Of a stretch of DNA of 64,000 bases, positions 34,486 through 45,251 are shown piece after piece. Positions within the stretch are counted from its first letter, which is position 1. Every line of letters starts with the position of its first letter. The DNA is from Escherichia coli (lineage in GTDB: Bacteria > Pseudomonadota > Gammaproteobacteria > Enterobacterales > Enterobacteriaceae), in NCBI RefSeq assembly GCF_003334305.1, contig NZ_QOWS01000003.1. The stretch is one strand, 5' to 3'. A program made the position numbers and the translations under genes. The notes beneath the pieces were generated by a model. The model was not told where the DNA came from, ran no database searches, and saw only the letters and a list, made by a program, of their open reading frames with translations.

Positions 34486-36048
34486 TTATTTCAGCAGCTT
34501 ATCCAGCATGTTGATATCGTCGTTGTTGTGCAGGTGCGGCACAGTCCAGCCGTTCTGGTCGTATTCCGACAGGCAGCGATCAACCATCGCCATCATCTTG
34601 TCCATATTGCCGGAGCTTTGTGCCTGGCGCAGACACTGCAGGCGAATCTCATCCTGGCTACCGGAGTAGTTGATTTCATACAGTTCGTGACGACCACCAA
34701 ACTCGCTGCCAATGGCATCCCACATCAGTTTGAGGATCTTGATGCGCTGGACGTGATCCATACCGTTCGAACCGCGCACATACTTCGCCAGATACTGGTC
34801 GATCTGCGGATTGTTCAGGTCACGGGCACTGGAAGGGAGATAGATCAGGCCACTGGTAACGTTGCGTTCGATAATGTTTTTGATCTTCGCGTAGGCCATT
34901 GGTGCCAGTACGCGATAGGTTTGCAGTGCGGCATGATCCGGTAAATAAGCCCCGTTGACCCACGGCGTCGCTTCAGAACACATCGAGTCACTCAATGCCC
35001 AGAAGGTGTTGCGCCACGCCACCACTTCACCGAGATCGGCCTGCACACCACGGAACTCCAGGGTGCCGGTACATTCGAGTGATTTTTTCAGCAGTGCCGT
35101 AATGAAGTCGAGTTTCACTGCCAGGCGCACACAGGCTTGCAGCGGATACATACGGGCGAAACCGCCTTCCATCGTCCAGCGACGGCAGCGATCAAAATCG
35201 CGGTAGATCAGCACGTTTTCCCATGGGATCAGCACGTTATCCATCACCAGAATCGCATCGTTCTCATCGAAGCGGCTGGAGAGCGGGTAGTCGTACGGCG
35301 AGCCGGTAGCACCCGCGACCATCTCATAAGAGGCGCGGGAGATTAATTTCACGCCATCGGCATCCATTGGCGCAACGAACATCAGTGCGAAGTCCGGGTT
35401 TTCGCCCATTACTTGTGCCGAGCCGAAGCCAATCATGTTGTAGTGAGTCAGCGCCGAGTTGGTGGCAACCACTTTCGCACCGCTAACGATAATCCCGGCG
35501 TCAGTCTCTTTTTCCAGCTTGATGTAAACGTCTTTCACTTTATCGGTCGGCAAATGACGATCGATCGGTGGGTTAACAATCGCGTGGTTAAAGTAGAGGC
35601 CAGTTTCCTGAATACGGGTGTACCAGTTACGGGCGTTCTGCTCGAACTGACCGTAAAAGCCCGGATTCGCGCCCAGTGCGCAACCGAAAGCAGCTTTGTA
35701 GTCTGGGGTACGGCCCATCCAGCCATAGCTCAGGCGTGACCATTCAGCGATGGCGTCGCGTTGCTGGCGCAGGTCGTCGGCACTTTTCGCCACGCGGAAG
35801 AATTTATGGGTATAGCCGCCGCTGCCGGTGTCGGTGTTCCAACACAGAGAGTCCTGCATCTCCGGTTTGTGCAGCGCGTCGTACAGTTGGGCAACAGACG
35901 CTGCCGCATTACGAAATGCCGGATGAGTGGTGACGTCTTTCACTCGCTCGCCATAGATATAGATCTCGCGACCATCCTGCAGGCTTTTCAGATACTCTTC
36001 CCCGGTGAAAGGACGTTGGGTACTGGCGCGGAAATCTTCTGGTTTCAT
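34486..36048 (-). CDS. hpaB: 4-hydroxyphenylacetate 3-monooxygenase oxygenase component
   Basis: 520-aa ORF; recognised HpaB. Confidence 0.9.
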   Translation of the reverse strand: MKPEDFRASTQRPFTGEEYLKSLQDGREIYIYGERVKDVTTHPAFRNAAASVAQLYDALHKPEMQDSLCWNTDTGSGGYTHKFFRVAKSADDLRQQRDAIAEWSRLSYGWMGRTPDYKAAFGCALGANPGFYGQFEQNARNWYTRIQETGLYFNHAIVNPPIDRHLPTDKVKDVYIKLEKETDAGIIVSGAKVVATNSALTHYNMIGFGSAQVMGENPDFALMFVAPMDADGVKLISRASYEMVAGATGSPYDYPLSSRFDENDAILVMDNVLIPWENVLIYRDFDRCRRWTMEGGFARMYPLQACVRLAVKLDFITALLKKSLECTGTLEFRGVQADLGEVVAWRNTFWALSDSMCSEATPWVNGAYLPDHAALQTYRVLAPMAYAKIKNIIERNVTSGLIYLPSSARDLNNPQIDQYLAKYVRGSNGMDHVQRIKILKLMWDAIGSEFGGRHELYEINYSGSQDEIRLQCLRQAQSSGNMDKMMAMVDRCLSEYDQNGWTVPHLHNNDDINMLDKLLK

Positions 36049-36298
36049 GTCGACCTCTACAGTATTAATCGGAATACGATTGTTAATTTTGTGTGTTGTT
36101 TTTGTTATTTAATTGAAGCTTGCAGGGGCGATTACGGGAAGACACTTTTGGGACAATGGCTGGTACTTTTCAGGTCGGGTACGGTTTTGTGATCGAGGTC
36201 GCTTTTAGCGATTTTTAACGTTACTAAATCCCCTTGCTCCAGGCGGAGAAAGGGGAATAGCAGGTGGTGCCTGGTTTCCCGTTAAGGCTAAGGGATTT

Positions 36299-37189
36299 TC
36301 ACGTCACAGGTACTTTTTTGGCACGATAAGCACTGGGCGAGCAACCGACTAAGCGATTAAAAAAGCGCGCAAAATAAGCCGGATCTTTAAAACCGAGTTG
36401 CCAGGCAATATTGTTCACGGCGTTATCAGAAAACAGCAGCAGCCGCTTGGCTTCTCGTAGCTGCCTGTCGAAAATCAACCGTTTTGGCGGACGGTTGGCA
36501 AAGCGGCGGCAGATGTCCGTGAGTCGTGATTCGGTGATATGCAGTTCGTTAGCGTAATCCGGTACTGTCCAGTGCTGATGAAAATGGCTTTCAATCAGCA
36601 TATTAAAACGCTGGAACAGTTTTAATTCTCCGCGCATCCCGCTGGCGGCATGGTCGTCGAGTTTTGCATTACGCAGCAGTAGGGTGAACACTGCCTGTGC
36701 CAGTAGCGTCAGGGTGTGTTCCCGTCCAGGCAGTTGTTCCACCGATTCCCGCTCTATCAGTTGCCAATAGTGTTCCAGCGCCGCCAGTTCGTCGGGTTTA
36801 TCTGCCAGTGACAGGCAAATCCCCGGCAGGCCGAAGGTTTCCCGAGTGCCTGGATAAAGAACTTCCAGCAGGGGCCAGATCAGATCTTCCCGTACCGTCA
36901 ACACATGACCGTCGGCGTCAGACTCCGTAATAAACGCATGAGGTACTGACGGTGGCGTCAGGACAAACAGGGGCGCTTCCACCGAGTAGCGATGATCGTC
37001 AAGCTGTAGCTCAATCTGTCCGCTATTGAGGAAATGCATCTGAAAGTACTGTTCGTGGCGATGTGGCAGCATATGGCGGCCAAAAAAGGCCGCCATGCGG
37101 GCGAACGACTGATAATGCACATCGTCCGTGCCCAGGCTTTCATCGTACTCTTTGCTGATATCAATATTGGCAATCTGACGGTCACACAT
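36299..37189 (-). CDS. hpaA: AraC/XylS-family activator of hpaBC
   Basis: 296-aa ORF with C-terminal AraC-type HTH; cupin-like N-terminal region. Confidence 0.85.
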   Translation of the reverse strand: MCDRQIANIDISKEYDESLGTDDVHYQSFARMAAFFGRHMLPHRHEQYFQMHFLNSGQIELQLDDHRYSVEAPLFVLTPPSVPHAFITESDADGHVLTVREDLIWPLLEVLYPGTRETFGLPGICLSLADKPDELAALEHYWQLIERESVEQLPGREHTLTLLAQAVFTLLLRNAKLDDHAASGMRGELKLFQRFNMLIESHFHQHWTVPDYANELHITESRLTDICRRFANRPPKRLIFDRQLREAKRLLLFSDNAVNNIAWQLGFKDPAYFARFFNRLVGCSPSAYRAKKVPVT

Positions 37190-37198
37190 CGTCGTTCC

Positions 37199-38575
37199 TT
37201 ACGGGGTCGCTCGCGGACGGGAGGACTGCATTGGAATCGCCCAGATAATCCCCGCACCAATCACCAGCAGCGCGGCAACAAACCACAATCCACTGTTAAA
37301 GCTGCCGGTCAGATCTTTCAACCAGCCGATCATAAACGGACTTAACGCTGAACCAATGTTGCCAGTGGCGTTGATCACCGCAATACCGATCGCTCGTGCC
37401 CGCAGGCTGATGGACTGATCCGGTGTTGTCCAGAAAATCGCCATTGCGCTGAATGATCCGGTCGAAGCCATAATGATCCCCAGCATCTGGATCATGTTGT
37501 GATCAGTTGCCGAAGCCAGTAACCAACCTGCGGCAGCGAACAAATAAGGAAGGGCGGTGTGATGCCTTCGTTCCTGGCGGCGATCTGAGTGACGGCTCCA
37601 GTAGACCATCCCGAGAATGGTACAAATCTGCGGTACGGCGGCCAGCAGGCCGATGGTGATATTACTGCTGCCCTGATTAAAACTTTGCAGGATCTGCGGT
37701 GTCCAGATGCTGATCGCACTAAGTGTGTTGGTCAGGCAGAAATACGCCAGGGTATACATCATCACCACCGGAGTGAAGATCTCCCGCCACATACTGCGTT
37801 GTTGCATGGCGTGGTGGCTGATGGCTCCCTCTGGCTGAACCAGCGTCAGACGATCGTTATCCATCATCTCTTGCAGGCATTTTTTGTCTTCTTTCGTCAG
37901 CCACTTAGCTTTGTCCGGTGAGTCATCAAGCCAGAACCACACCATGACGCCGAGTAATACCGACGGGAAGCCTTCCAGCAAAAACAGCCACTGCCAGCCT
38001 TTTAATGCCATTACGCCATCCAGCGACAAAATGTAGCCGGAAACGAGCGATCCCAACGCTGTCGTTACCGGCATTGCAACCATAAACAAGGCGTTGGCAC
38101 GGGCGCGGAAATAGGCCGGAAACCAGAAGGTTAAATACAGCAGAATGCCAGGCAGAAAGCCGGCTTCGGTAATGCCAACCAGTATACGCAGTACGTACAA
38201 GCTGGTGGGGCCAGTGGCAAACATGGTGGCAGTAGAGGCGATGCCCCAGAGCACCATGATGGTGGCGATCCAGCGCCGCGCACCGACAATACTCAGCATA
38301 ATGTTGCTGGGAATGCCGAAGATGACATAAGCGGCATAGAACAGGGTGGTAGCGAGGCCAAACATGGTGGCGCTCAGACCGAGGTCGCGTCCCATCGTGA
38401 GTCCGGCAAAGCCGATGTTGATGCGATCAAGGAACGAGAAGATAAACAGCACGAACAGAAAGACGATCAGGCGGCGAAATAGCTTCTTAATAACCGCCTG
38501 TTGTCCGGCAGTCAGCGCTTTATGCTGATTCGCCGGATCGATACTCTCCGGTATGGCAGGTGAGGTGTCGCTCAT
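37199..38575 (-). CDS. hpaX: 4-hydroxyphenylacetate MFS transporter
   Basis: 458 aa from MSDTSPAIPESIDPANQ; 12-TM MFS permease; the longer ORF start is rejected. Confidence 0.85.
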   Translation of the reverse strand: MSDTSPAIPESIDPANQHKALTAGQQAVIKKLFRRLIVFLFVLFIFSFLDRINIGFAGLTMGRDLGLSATMFGLATTLFYAAYVIFGIPSNIMLSIVGARRWIATIMVLWGIASTATMFATGPTSLYVLRILVGITEAGFLPGILLYLTFWFPAYFRARANALFMVAMPVTTALGSLVSGYILSLDGVMALKGWQWLFLLEGFPSVLLGVMVWFWLDDSPDKAKWLTKEDKKCLQEMMDNDRLTLVQPEGAISHHAMQQRSMWREIFTPVVMMYTLAYFCLTNTLSAISIWTPQILQSFNQGSSNITIGLLAAVPQICTILGMVYWSRHSDRRQERRHHTALPYLFAAAGWLLASATDHNMIQMLGIIMASTGSFSAMAIFWTTPDQSISLRARAIGIAVINATGNIGSALSPFMIGWLKDLTGSFNSGLWFVAALLVIGAGIIWAIPMQSSRPRATP

Positions 38576-38624
38576 TTTTCTTCCTCTAATGGGATTTTTG
38601 TAGGGTACGACAAGGTTTATGGCG

Positions 38625-38745
<121 letters not shown>

Positions 38746-38749
38746 GGCA

Positions 38750-39538
38750 TTAATACACGCCGGGCTTCACGGCGGTGGCCTGCGCACCAAACCGTGCTGC
38801 CAGCGCTTCAGCGGCGCGGGCGAGCAGGGTGGTGTCAACGCCGACGGCGACAAACAGCGCGCCCAGTTCCAGATAGCGTTTTGCCAGTTGCTCATTGGCG
38901 ATCAGGATCCCCGGCGCTTTGCCCGCTTCGCGGATCTGCACGATCGCCTGCTCAATGGCGGCCTGTACTTCCGGGTGCTGCGGATTACCGGCATAACCCA
39001 TATCGGCGCTCAGATCCGCCGGGCCGATAAACACGCCGTCGACCCCTTCCACGTCCAGAATCTGCGGTAAGTTCTTCATTGCCTCACGCGTTTCGATCTG
39101 CACCAGCACGCACATTTGATCGTTGGCTTTTTGCAGGTAATCAGGAATGCGATTCCAGCGCGAGGCACGGGCCAGCGCACTGCCCACACCGCGAATACCG
39201 GCGGGGGGATAACGGGTGGCGCGTACCGCTTCACGGGCTTCGTCAGCGTTTTGAACCATCGGCACCAGTAAGGTTTGTGTGCCGACGTCCAGCAGTTGTT
39301 TGATTTGCACCGGATCGTTCCACGACGGACGTACTACCGGCTGGCTGGGGTAGGGCGCAATCGCCTGTAGCTGGGTGAGCACGGTTTGCACGTTATTCGG
39401 CGCGTGCTCACCGTCGATCAATAACCAGTCGAATCCTGCTCCGGCCAGTAACTCTGCGCTGTAGCTGCTACTTAGCCCCAGCCATAATCCGATCTGCGGG
39501 CGGCCTGCTTTCAGCGCCGCTTTAAAACTGTTTTCCAT
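38750..39538 (-). CDS. hpaI: 2,4-dihydroxyhept-2-ene-1,7-dioate aldolase (HpcH/HpaI)
   Basis: 262 aa from [20 protein letters not shown]; the ORF-track 5' extension is rejected. Confidence 0.85.
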
Positions 39539-39548
39539 CGTTCTCTCC

Positions 39549-40352
39549 TTAAACAAAGCGGCAGCTAATGGAGCCCATGTTGCCGTAATCGACGTGGAAG
39601 GTGTCGCCCTTACGCGCCGGAACCGGGCGGGTGAACGAACCGCCGAGAATGATTTGCCCGGCTTCCAGTTGTACGTCATACGGTGCGAGTTTGTTCGCCA
39701 GCCAGGCCACGCCGTTTGCCGGATGATTTAGCACGCCAGCGGCGACGCCGGTTTCTTCAATCACGCCATTGCGATACATCAGGGCGGAGATCCAACGCAG
39801 ATCCAGTTCGTCTGGTTTGATCGGACGACCGCCGAGGATCACTCCGGCGTTGGCGGCGTTATCAGAAATGGTGTCGAACACTTTGCGCGGGCGCTGGGTT
39901 TCCGGATCGATGTTGTGGCAGCGAGCGTCGATCAGCTCCAGCGCCGGGATCACGTAGTCCGTGGCGTTGTAGACGTCGAACAGCGTGCAGTTTGGCCCAC
40001 GCAGCGGTTTTGCCAGCACGAAAGCCAGCTCCACTTCAATGCGCGGCACGATAAAGCGATCGGTCGGGATATCGCTGCCATCGTGGAAGAACATGTCGTC
40101 CAGCAATGCACCGTAATCTGGTTCGCTGATTTGTGAGCTGGCCTGCATCGCTTTCGAGGTCAGACCGATTTTGTGGCCTTTCAGCGTACGGCCTTCGGCG
40201 ATTTTCAGTCGAACCCATTCACGCTGCACCGCGTAAGCGTCTTCGATGGTGATCTCCGGGTAATCCAGGGAGATCGCGCGGATCTGTTCGCGCTGTTTTT
40301 CTGCCTGATCCAGACGCTGGGCGATCAGGGTGTGGGTGTGTTTATCGAACAT
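39549..40352 (-). CDS. hpaH: 2-oxo-hept-4-ene-1,7-dioate hydratase
   Basis: 267 aa from [20 protein letters not shown]; recognised HpaH/HpcG. Confidence 0.85.
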
Positions 40353-40419
40353 AGCGATATCCTGTGGCATTGCCGGATGCGGCTGCGCCTTATCATCCGG
40401 CCTGGAAGCTGGTGCAAAT

Positions 40420-40800
40420 TTATTTAAACAACGCGTGCACGTTGTTTTGTTTAAAATTCAGCGTCGGGTGCAGCTCTGCAATCTCAAATGAAAGCGCCAG
40501 GTAACGGCTCTCCATCAGTGAGGCGAAGTGCGTTTTAATCAGATCAAACAGCATTTCGCCCACTTCCTGACGGCTTTCCAGGCTGCGCCCGCTGCCGATT
40601 TTTAGCGTCATATGCACAAAGGCGTAATCGTGCTTGCCATCAGCCATTTGCCAGGTATCGATCCAGTGCGCCCGGCTACGTATTCCCCCAAGCGGAAAAA
40701 TCCCCGTCGCCGCCAGTGCAGTGTTAACACTGGCAAACAGCTCAGGTAAGCGGGCTTCTTGACGAATATTTTCAGTACATTCCACGATAAAGTGCGGCAT
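40420..40800 (-). CDS. hpaF: 5-carboxymethyl-2-hydroxymuconate isomerase
   Basis: 126-aa ORF; recognised HpaF/HpcD. Confidence 0.85.
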   Translation of the reverse strand: MPHFIVECTENIRQEARLPELFASVNTALAATGIFPLGGIRSRAHWIDTWQMADGKHDYAFVHMTLKIGSGRSLESRQEVGEMLFDLIKTHFASLMESRYLALSFEIAELHPTLNFKQNNVHALFK

Positions 40801-40809
40801 GGTGGTTCC

Positions 40810-41661
40810 TTACGCGGGAAGCGGGAAAACAGCGTTAACCTGACCGGTGCCAGAGCTTGGGAATAGCTCGGTGATAAACTCCACCTTGCCGTCGTATTTA
40901 TCCCAGCCGAGCATCCCCAGCAGCATCACCGTGTCGTGCATATTGCCTTCGCCGTAGCAGTAGTCGGCGTACTCCGGCAGCATATTGCAGAACTCTTTGA
41001 ACTGGCCTTCGCGCCACAACTTCACCACGCGCTCGTCCATCTGGCGGTCGAACTCGCGGGTGTAGCTGTTCATCCCTTCTTCTGCACGCTGATCGTCAAT
41101 AAAGCGGTGCGATAACGAACCGCTGGCAAGGACCGCCACGGTGCCGTCGTACTGTTCGATCGCTTTCAGAATCGCTTCGCCCAGCTTGCGGCTGTCGGCA
41201 AAATCGTGAACCGTGCAGAAAGCCGAAATGGAGACCACTTTGAAGCGCTTGTCTTCATTCATGTAGCGCATCGGTACCAGCGTGCCGTATTCCAGTTTCA
41301 GGCTGGGAATGTTGTGCGCTTTTGCCCGCACGCCGAGCTTTAAGGCTTCATCGGCAATTAGCTGCCCCAACTCCGGGTTGCCCTCGTAGTTGTAGGTCAT
41401 GTCACGAATAAAATGCGGCAGCTCGTTGCTGGTGTAGACGCCTTCAAAATGGTCTGCACAGTTGATGTGATAAGCACTGTTGACCAGCCAGTGGGTATCG
41501 AAAACGATAATGGTATCGACGCCCATTTCCCGGCAACGCTTGCTGATCTCTTTATGCCCGTCGATCGCACCCTGGCGGCAACCGTGGTTTTTCCCTGGCA
41601 GTTCAGAGAGATACATCGACGGTACGTGCGTGATCTTGGCGGCTAACGCTAACTTACCCAT
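40810..41661 (-). CDS. hpaD: 3,4-dihydroxyphenylacetate (homoprotocatechuate) 2,3-dioxygenase
   Basis: 283-aa ORF; recognised HpaD/HpcB. Confidence 0.9.
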   Translation of the reverse strand: MGKLALAAKITHVPSMYLSELPGKNHGCRQGAIDGHKEISKRCREMGVDTIIVFDTHWLVNSAYHINCADHFEGVYTSNELPHFIRDMTYNYEGNPELGQLIADEALKLGVRAKAHNIPSLKLEYGTLVPMRYMNEDKRFKVVSISAFCTVHDFADSRKLGEAILKAIEQYDGTVAVLASGSLSHRFIDDQRAEEGMNSYTREFDRQMDERVVKLWREGQFKEFCNMLPEYADYCYGEGNMHDTVMLLGMLGWDKYDGKVEFITELFPSSGTGQVNAVFPLPA

Positions 41662-41662
41662 A

Positions 41663-43129
41663 TCAGACTCCCCATTTCGGAATTGGATGGTCGCCCATGG
41701 AAATGCAGACGTTCTTCATTTCCGCGAACACTTCGAAGCTGTACTCACCGCCTTCACGTCCGGTGCCGGAGGCTTTTACGCCGCCAAACGGCTGGCGCAG
41801 GTCGCGGACGTTCTGGGTGTTGACGAACACCATGCCTGCTTCAATGCCACGCGCCAGGCGTAACACTTTGCTGACATCCTGTGTCCAGATGTACGACGCG
41901 AGGCCGTACTCCACGTCGTTTGCCAGGCGTAAGCCTTCGGCTTCGTCTTTAAACGGCAGCAGGCAGGCGACCGGCCCGAAAATCTCTTCCTGGGCGACGC
42001 GCATACGGTTATCAACGTCTGCCAGCACCGTTGGGCGCAGGAAGTTGCCGCCTTTCAGGTGTGCAGGCAGGTCAGACGGTTTATCCGGGCCGCCCGCCAG
42101 CAGGGTTGCGCCTTCTTCAATGCCGAGACGGATATAGCCGGAGACTTTTTCCCAGTGTTGCTGGCTGATAAGCGCCCCAACCTGGGTATTTGGATCGTTC
42201 GGATCGCCCACGCGCAGACGGTTGGCGCGTTCGGCAAAGCGTTTAACGAATTCCGGGTAGATGCTCTGCTGAATAAAGATGCGCGAACCGGCGGTGCAGC
42301 GTTCGCCGTTGATCGAGAAGATGGTGAACAGGGCGGCGTCCAGCGCGCGTTCAATATCAGCATCTTCAAAAATCAGCACCGGCGATTTACCGCCCAGTTC
42401 CATGGAGTATTTTTTCAGCCCGGCGTTTTTCATGATGTTGCGCCCGGTGGCGGTACCGCCGGTGAACGACACGGCACGCACGTCATGATGACGAACCAGC
42501 GCATCCCCTGCGGTTGCGCCGTAGCCCTGTACCACGTTCAGCACGCCTGCCGGAATACCGGCTTCCAGCGCCAGCTCACCCAGGCGGTCAGCGGTCAGCG
42601 GGGAGAGTTCCGACATCTTCAGCACCGCGGTATTGCCCAGCGCCAGACACGGCGCGACCTTCCAGGTGGCGGTCATAAACGGCACGTTCCACGGCGATAC
42701 CAGCGCACAAACGCCCACCGGCTGCACCAGCGTGTAGTTGAGCATCTTGTCGTCAACCGGATAGGTCTTGCCGTTCATCTGCTGGCAGACTTCCGCGAAA
42801 AATTCAAAGTTGTGAGAAGCGCGTGGGATCAACACATTTTTGGTCTGATGGATCGGCAGGCCCGTGTCCGCGGTTTCCATCGCGGCGATCTCCGGTACGT
42901 TCTGGTCGATCAGATCGCCCAGACGGCGCATCAGGCGCGCGCGCTCTTTCATCGGCAGATTGGCCCATTTCGGGAACGCCTCTTTCGCTGCCGCTACCGC
43001 CTGATTGATCTCCGCTTCACCGCCGGAGGCCACATCCGCCAGCACTTCACCCGTTGCCGGATTGGTAGTCTGGAAGTAGTCGTTACCTGCAACATTTTTA
43101 CCGTTGATCCAATGATTTACTTTTTTCAT
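41663..43129 (-). CDS. hpaE: 5-carboxymethyl-2-hydroxymuconate semialdehyde dehydrogenase
   Basis: 488-aa ORF; aldehyde dehydrogenase family; 1-nt gap to hpaD and 4-nt overlap with hpaG. Confidence 0.9.
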   Translation of the reverse strand: MKKVNHWINGKNVAGNDYFQTTNPATGEVLADVASGGEAEINQAVAAAKEAFPKWANLPMKERARLMRRLGDLIDQNVPEIAAMETADTGLPIHQTKNVLIPRASHNFEFFAEVCQQMNGKTYPVDDKMLNYTLVQPVGVCALVSPWNVPFMTATWKVAPCLALGNTAVLKMSELSPLTADRLGELALEAGIPAGVLNVVQGYGATAGDALVRHHDVRAVSFTGGTATGRNIMKNAGLKKYSMELGGKSPVLIFEDADIERALDAALFTIFSINGERCTAGSRIFIQQSIYPEFVKRFAERANRLRVGDPNDPNTQVGALISQQHWEKVSGYIRLGIEEGATLLAGGPDKPSDLPAHLKGGNFLRPTVLADVDNRMRVAQEEIFGPVACLLPFKDEAEGLRLANDVEYGLASYIWTQDVSKVLRLARGIEAGMVFVNTQNVRDLRQPFGGVKASGTGREGGEYSFEVFAEMKNVCISMGDHPIPKWGV

Positions 43130-44415
43130 TTCGCTGTTTCCTCACTCACAATTCGGTTCACCAGGCGGCCCACGCCTTCTACTTCCACCACCACTTCATC
43201 GCCAGGCACCACGTCAGATAAGCCTTTTGGTGTGCCGGTGGCGATCATGTCGCCCGGATTCAGGGTCATAAATTCGCTTAAGTAGGCGATCAGGAAGGGC
43301 ACGCTGAAGATCAGATCGGCGGTGGTGCCTTGCTGGCGTAACTCGCCGTTGACGAAGGTGCGAAGGGTCAGATTATGCGGGTCCGGGATCGCCTCTTTCG
43401 GCACGATGGTTGAAAGCATCGGCGTCAGTCCGTCGCGGCTTTTGACCCGCAGGTTAGGGCGGTAGTAGTTTTCCAGATAGTCGCGAATGGCGTAGTCGTT
43501 ACACACGGTGTAGCCCGCGACATAATCCATGGCATCGGCTTCGCTGACGTTACGCGCCTGTTTGCCAATAACTACCACCAGCTCCGCTTCATAGTGCATG
43601 TATTCAATATTGTTTGGACGCACGGAGGTCTGGTTATCGCCAGTGAGGGTATTTGGCGCTTTCAGGAACACCAGCGGTTCTTCCGGTGGCTTAAATTCCA
43701 GTTCGCTGGCGTGGTCGGCGTAGTTCAGGCCGAGGGCAAACAGCGTGCCGTGCGGGTGTGGCTGCGTTGGGAAGCTCTTGCGCGTGGTCACTTCACGTTC
43801 GTCCACTACCGGATTTTCCAGCGGCGGGAAACCTTCTGCGAGAACACGAACGCGATCGCCTGGCTGTATTTCCACGCGCGCCTGTGGCGTGCCGAGCAGA
43901 ATGGCATCGCCTGGATTCAGTGTGGCAAATTCGCTCAGGGCGCTCAGCAACTGCGCGGCGTTACGTTGTAAATCGGCGGTATTCCAGTGATCGGCAGGAC
44001 GCCCGTTGATCTCGGTATAGATGGTCAGATTATCGACATTGCTGAGAGCCACGGTTTCGCCAATGGGGCAGAATCCATCACGACATTTTGCTTTGATTGC
44101 CGGGCGGTAAAAGCTCTCTTCCGGCAGGCTGACGTCGTTAGCCAGCGCATATCCGGCGATGTACTCTGCCGCATCTTCTTCACGTACTTTCGTCGCCGTT
44201 TTTCCCACAATCAGCGCAACAGTCGCACCGCTCAGTACCTTTTCACCCTGTGGAAAGGGAATCGGTTCACCGCAACCAATCACCGTATTGCGCGGTTTAA
44301 TAAACCAGACCGCAGTTTTAGGCGGGGCTTTGTAGGGGGATTGCTGGAACGCTTCCTGCCATGCATCAAGTTGGCTGCGATGGTTCAACGCTACGGCGAA
44401 GATAGTGCCTTTCAT
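43126..44415 (-). CDS. hpaG: Bifunctional OPET decarboxylase / HHDD isomerase
   Basis: 429 aa from MKGTIFAVALNHRSQ with GAGGAG RBS; two FAH-like halves. Confidence 0.9.
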   Translation of the reverse strand: MKGTIFAVALNHRSQLDAWQEAFQQSPYKAPPKTAVWFIKPRNTVIGCGEPIPFPQGEKVLSGATVALIVGKTATKVREEDAAEYIAGYALANDVSLPEESFYRPAIKAKCRDGFCPIGETVALSNVDNLTIYTEINGRPADHWNTADLQRNAAQLLSALSEFATLNPGDAILLGTPQARVEIQPGDRVRVLAEGFPPLENPVVDEREVTTRKSFPTQPHPHGTLFALGLNYADHASELEFKPPEEPLVFLKAPNTLTGDNQTSVRPNNIEYMHYEAELVVVIGKQARNVSEADAMDYVAGYTVCNDYAIRDYLENYYRPNLRVKSRDGLTPMLSTIVPKEAIPDPHNLTLRTFVNGELRQQGTTADLIFSVPFLIAYLSEFMTLNPGDMIATGTPKGLSDVVPGDEVVVEVEGVGRLVNRIVSEETAK

Positions 44416-44440
44416 TACCACTCCTCGGATTCGATCATTT

Positions 44441-44464
44441 TAATCATTAATATGTTAATGATTA
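44441..44464. promoter_or_regulatory. Perfect palindrome in the hpaG promoter region, probable HpaR (MarR-type) operator
   Basis: TAATCATTAA-TATG-TTAATGATTA, 26-50 nt upstream of the hpaG ATG; a partial copy (ATTAATGATTTT) occurs at about 44652..44667 near the hpaR start. Confidence 0.4.
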
Positions 44465-44686
44465 CTTTTATTCCCGATTGCGTAGTTTGGCAAAAGTAAG
44501 TGATGTAAATGTGATCTAATTAACAAACTATTTACATTTAAAGATAATAAAATATTAAATATCAGCAAGTTAACAAAACATGCTCAATTTTGATAAAATG
44601 AAGAATTGCAGGGGCAGCGCAGTCCCGGTAACGTGATGATTAACTGTTTCTATATTAATGATTTTGAATTTTTCAGGGGAAAGATA

Positions 44687-45133
44687 ATGCACGACTCTCT
44701 AACCATTGCGTTGCTCCAGGCGCGAGAAGCGGCGATGAGTTATTTTCGCCCAATCGTTAAACGGCATAATTTGACTGAGCAACAGTGGCGCATCGTGCGT
44801 ATTCTGGCGGAAAGCCCATCAATGGATTTTCACGATCTGGCGTATCGCGCCTGCATTTTGCGCCCAAGCCTGACCGGGATCCTTACGCGGATGGAACGCG
44901 ACGGTTTAGTGTTGCGATTAAAGCCGATCAATGATCAGCGGAAGCTCTATATCTCGCTAACCAAAGAGGGGCAGGCGCTGTATAACCGCGCTCAGACACA
45001 GATTGAAGAAGCCTATCGGCAGATTGAAGCTCAGTTTACTGCCGAGAAAATGCAACAGTTAACCCATCTGTTAGAGGAATTTATTGCTCTGGGCAATTCC
45101 CGACAAGAAGACATCCCGGGCGATAATGAATAA
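44687..45133 (+). CDS. hpaR: MarR-family repressor of the hpa meta-cleavage operon
   Basis: 148 aa from MHDSLTIALLQAREAAMSYF; winged-helix MarR-like; divergent from hpaG. Confidence 0.85.
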   Translation: MHDSLTIALLQAREAAMSYFRPIVKRHNLTEQQWRIVRILAESPSMDFHDLAYRACILRPSLTGILTRMERDGLVLRLKPINDQRKLYISLTKEGQALYNRAQTQIEEAYRQIEAQFTAEKMQQLTHLLEEFIALGNSRQEDIPGDNE

Positions 45134-45194
45134 CTTTTTAGTATCTGATAACCAGCGCCTGGTTTTTCCATGGATGGCGGGTTACACCTTTTCA

Positions 45195-45221
45195 TAAAGT
45201 TTTTGCTTTCCAGGCCGAAAA
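45195..45221 (+). promoter_or_regulatory. Sigma-28 (FliA) promoter of tsr
   Basis: TAAA-N15-GCCGAAAA matches the flagellar class-III consensus TAAA-N15-GCCGATAA; about 30 nt upstream of the tsr start. Confidence 0.6.
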
Positions 45222-45251
45222 TCTTGCATCGGTCCACAGGAAAGAGAAACC

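Noticed and set aside
42059-43285. 408-aa ORF on the plus strand
   Set aside because: Antisense to hpaE/hpaG; Arg/His-rich; shadow ORF.
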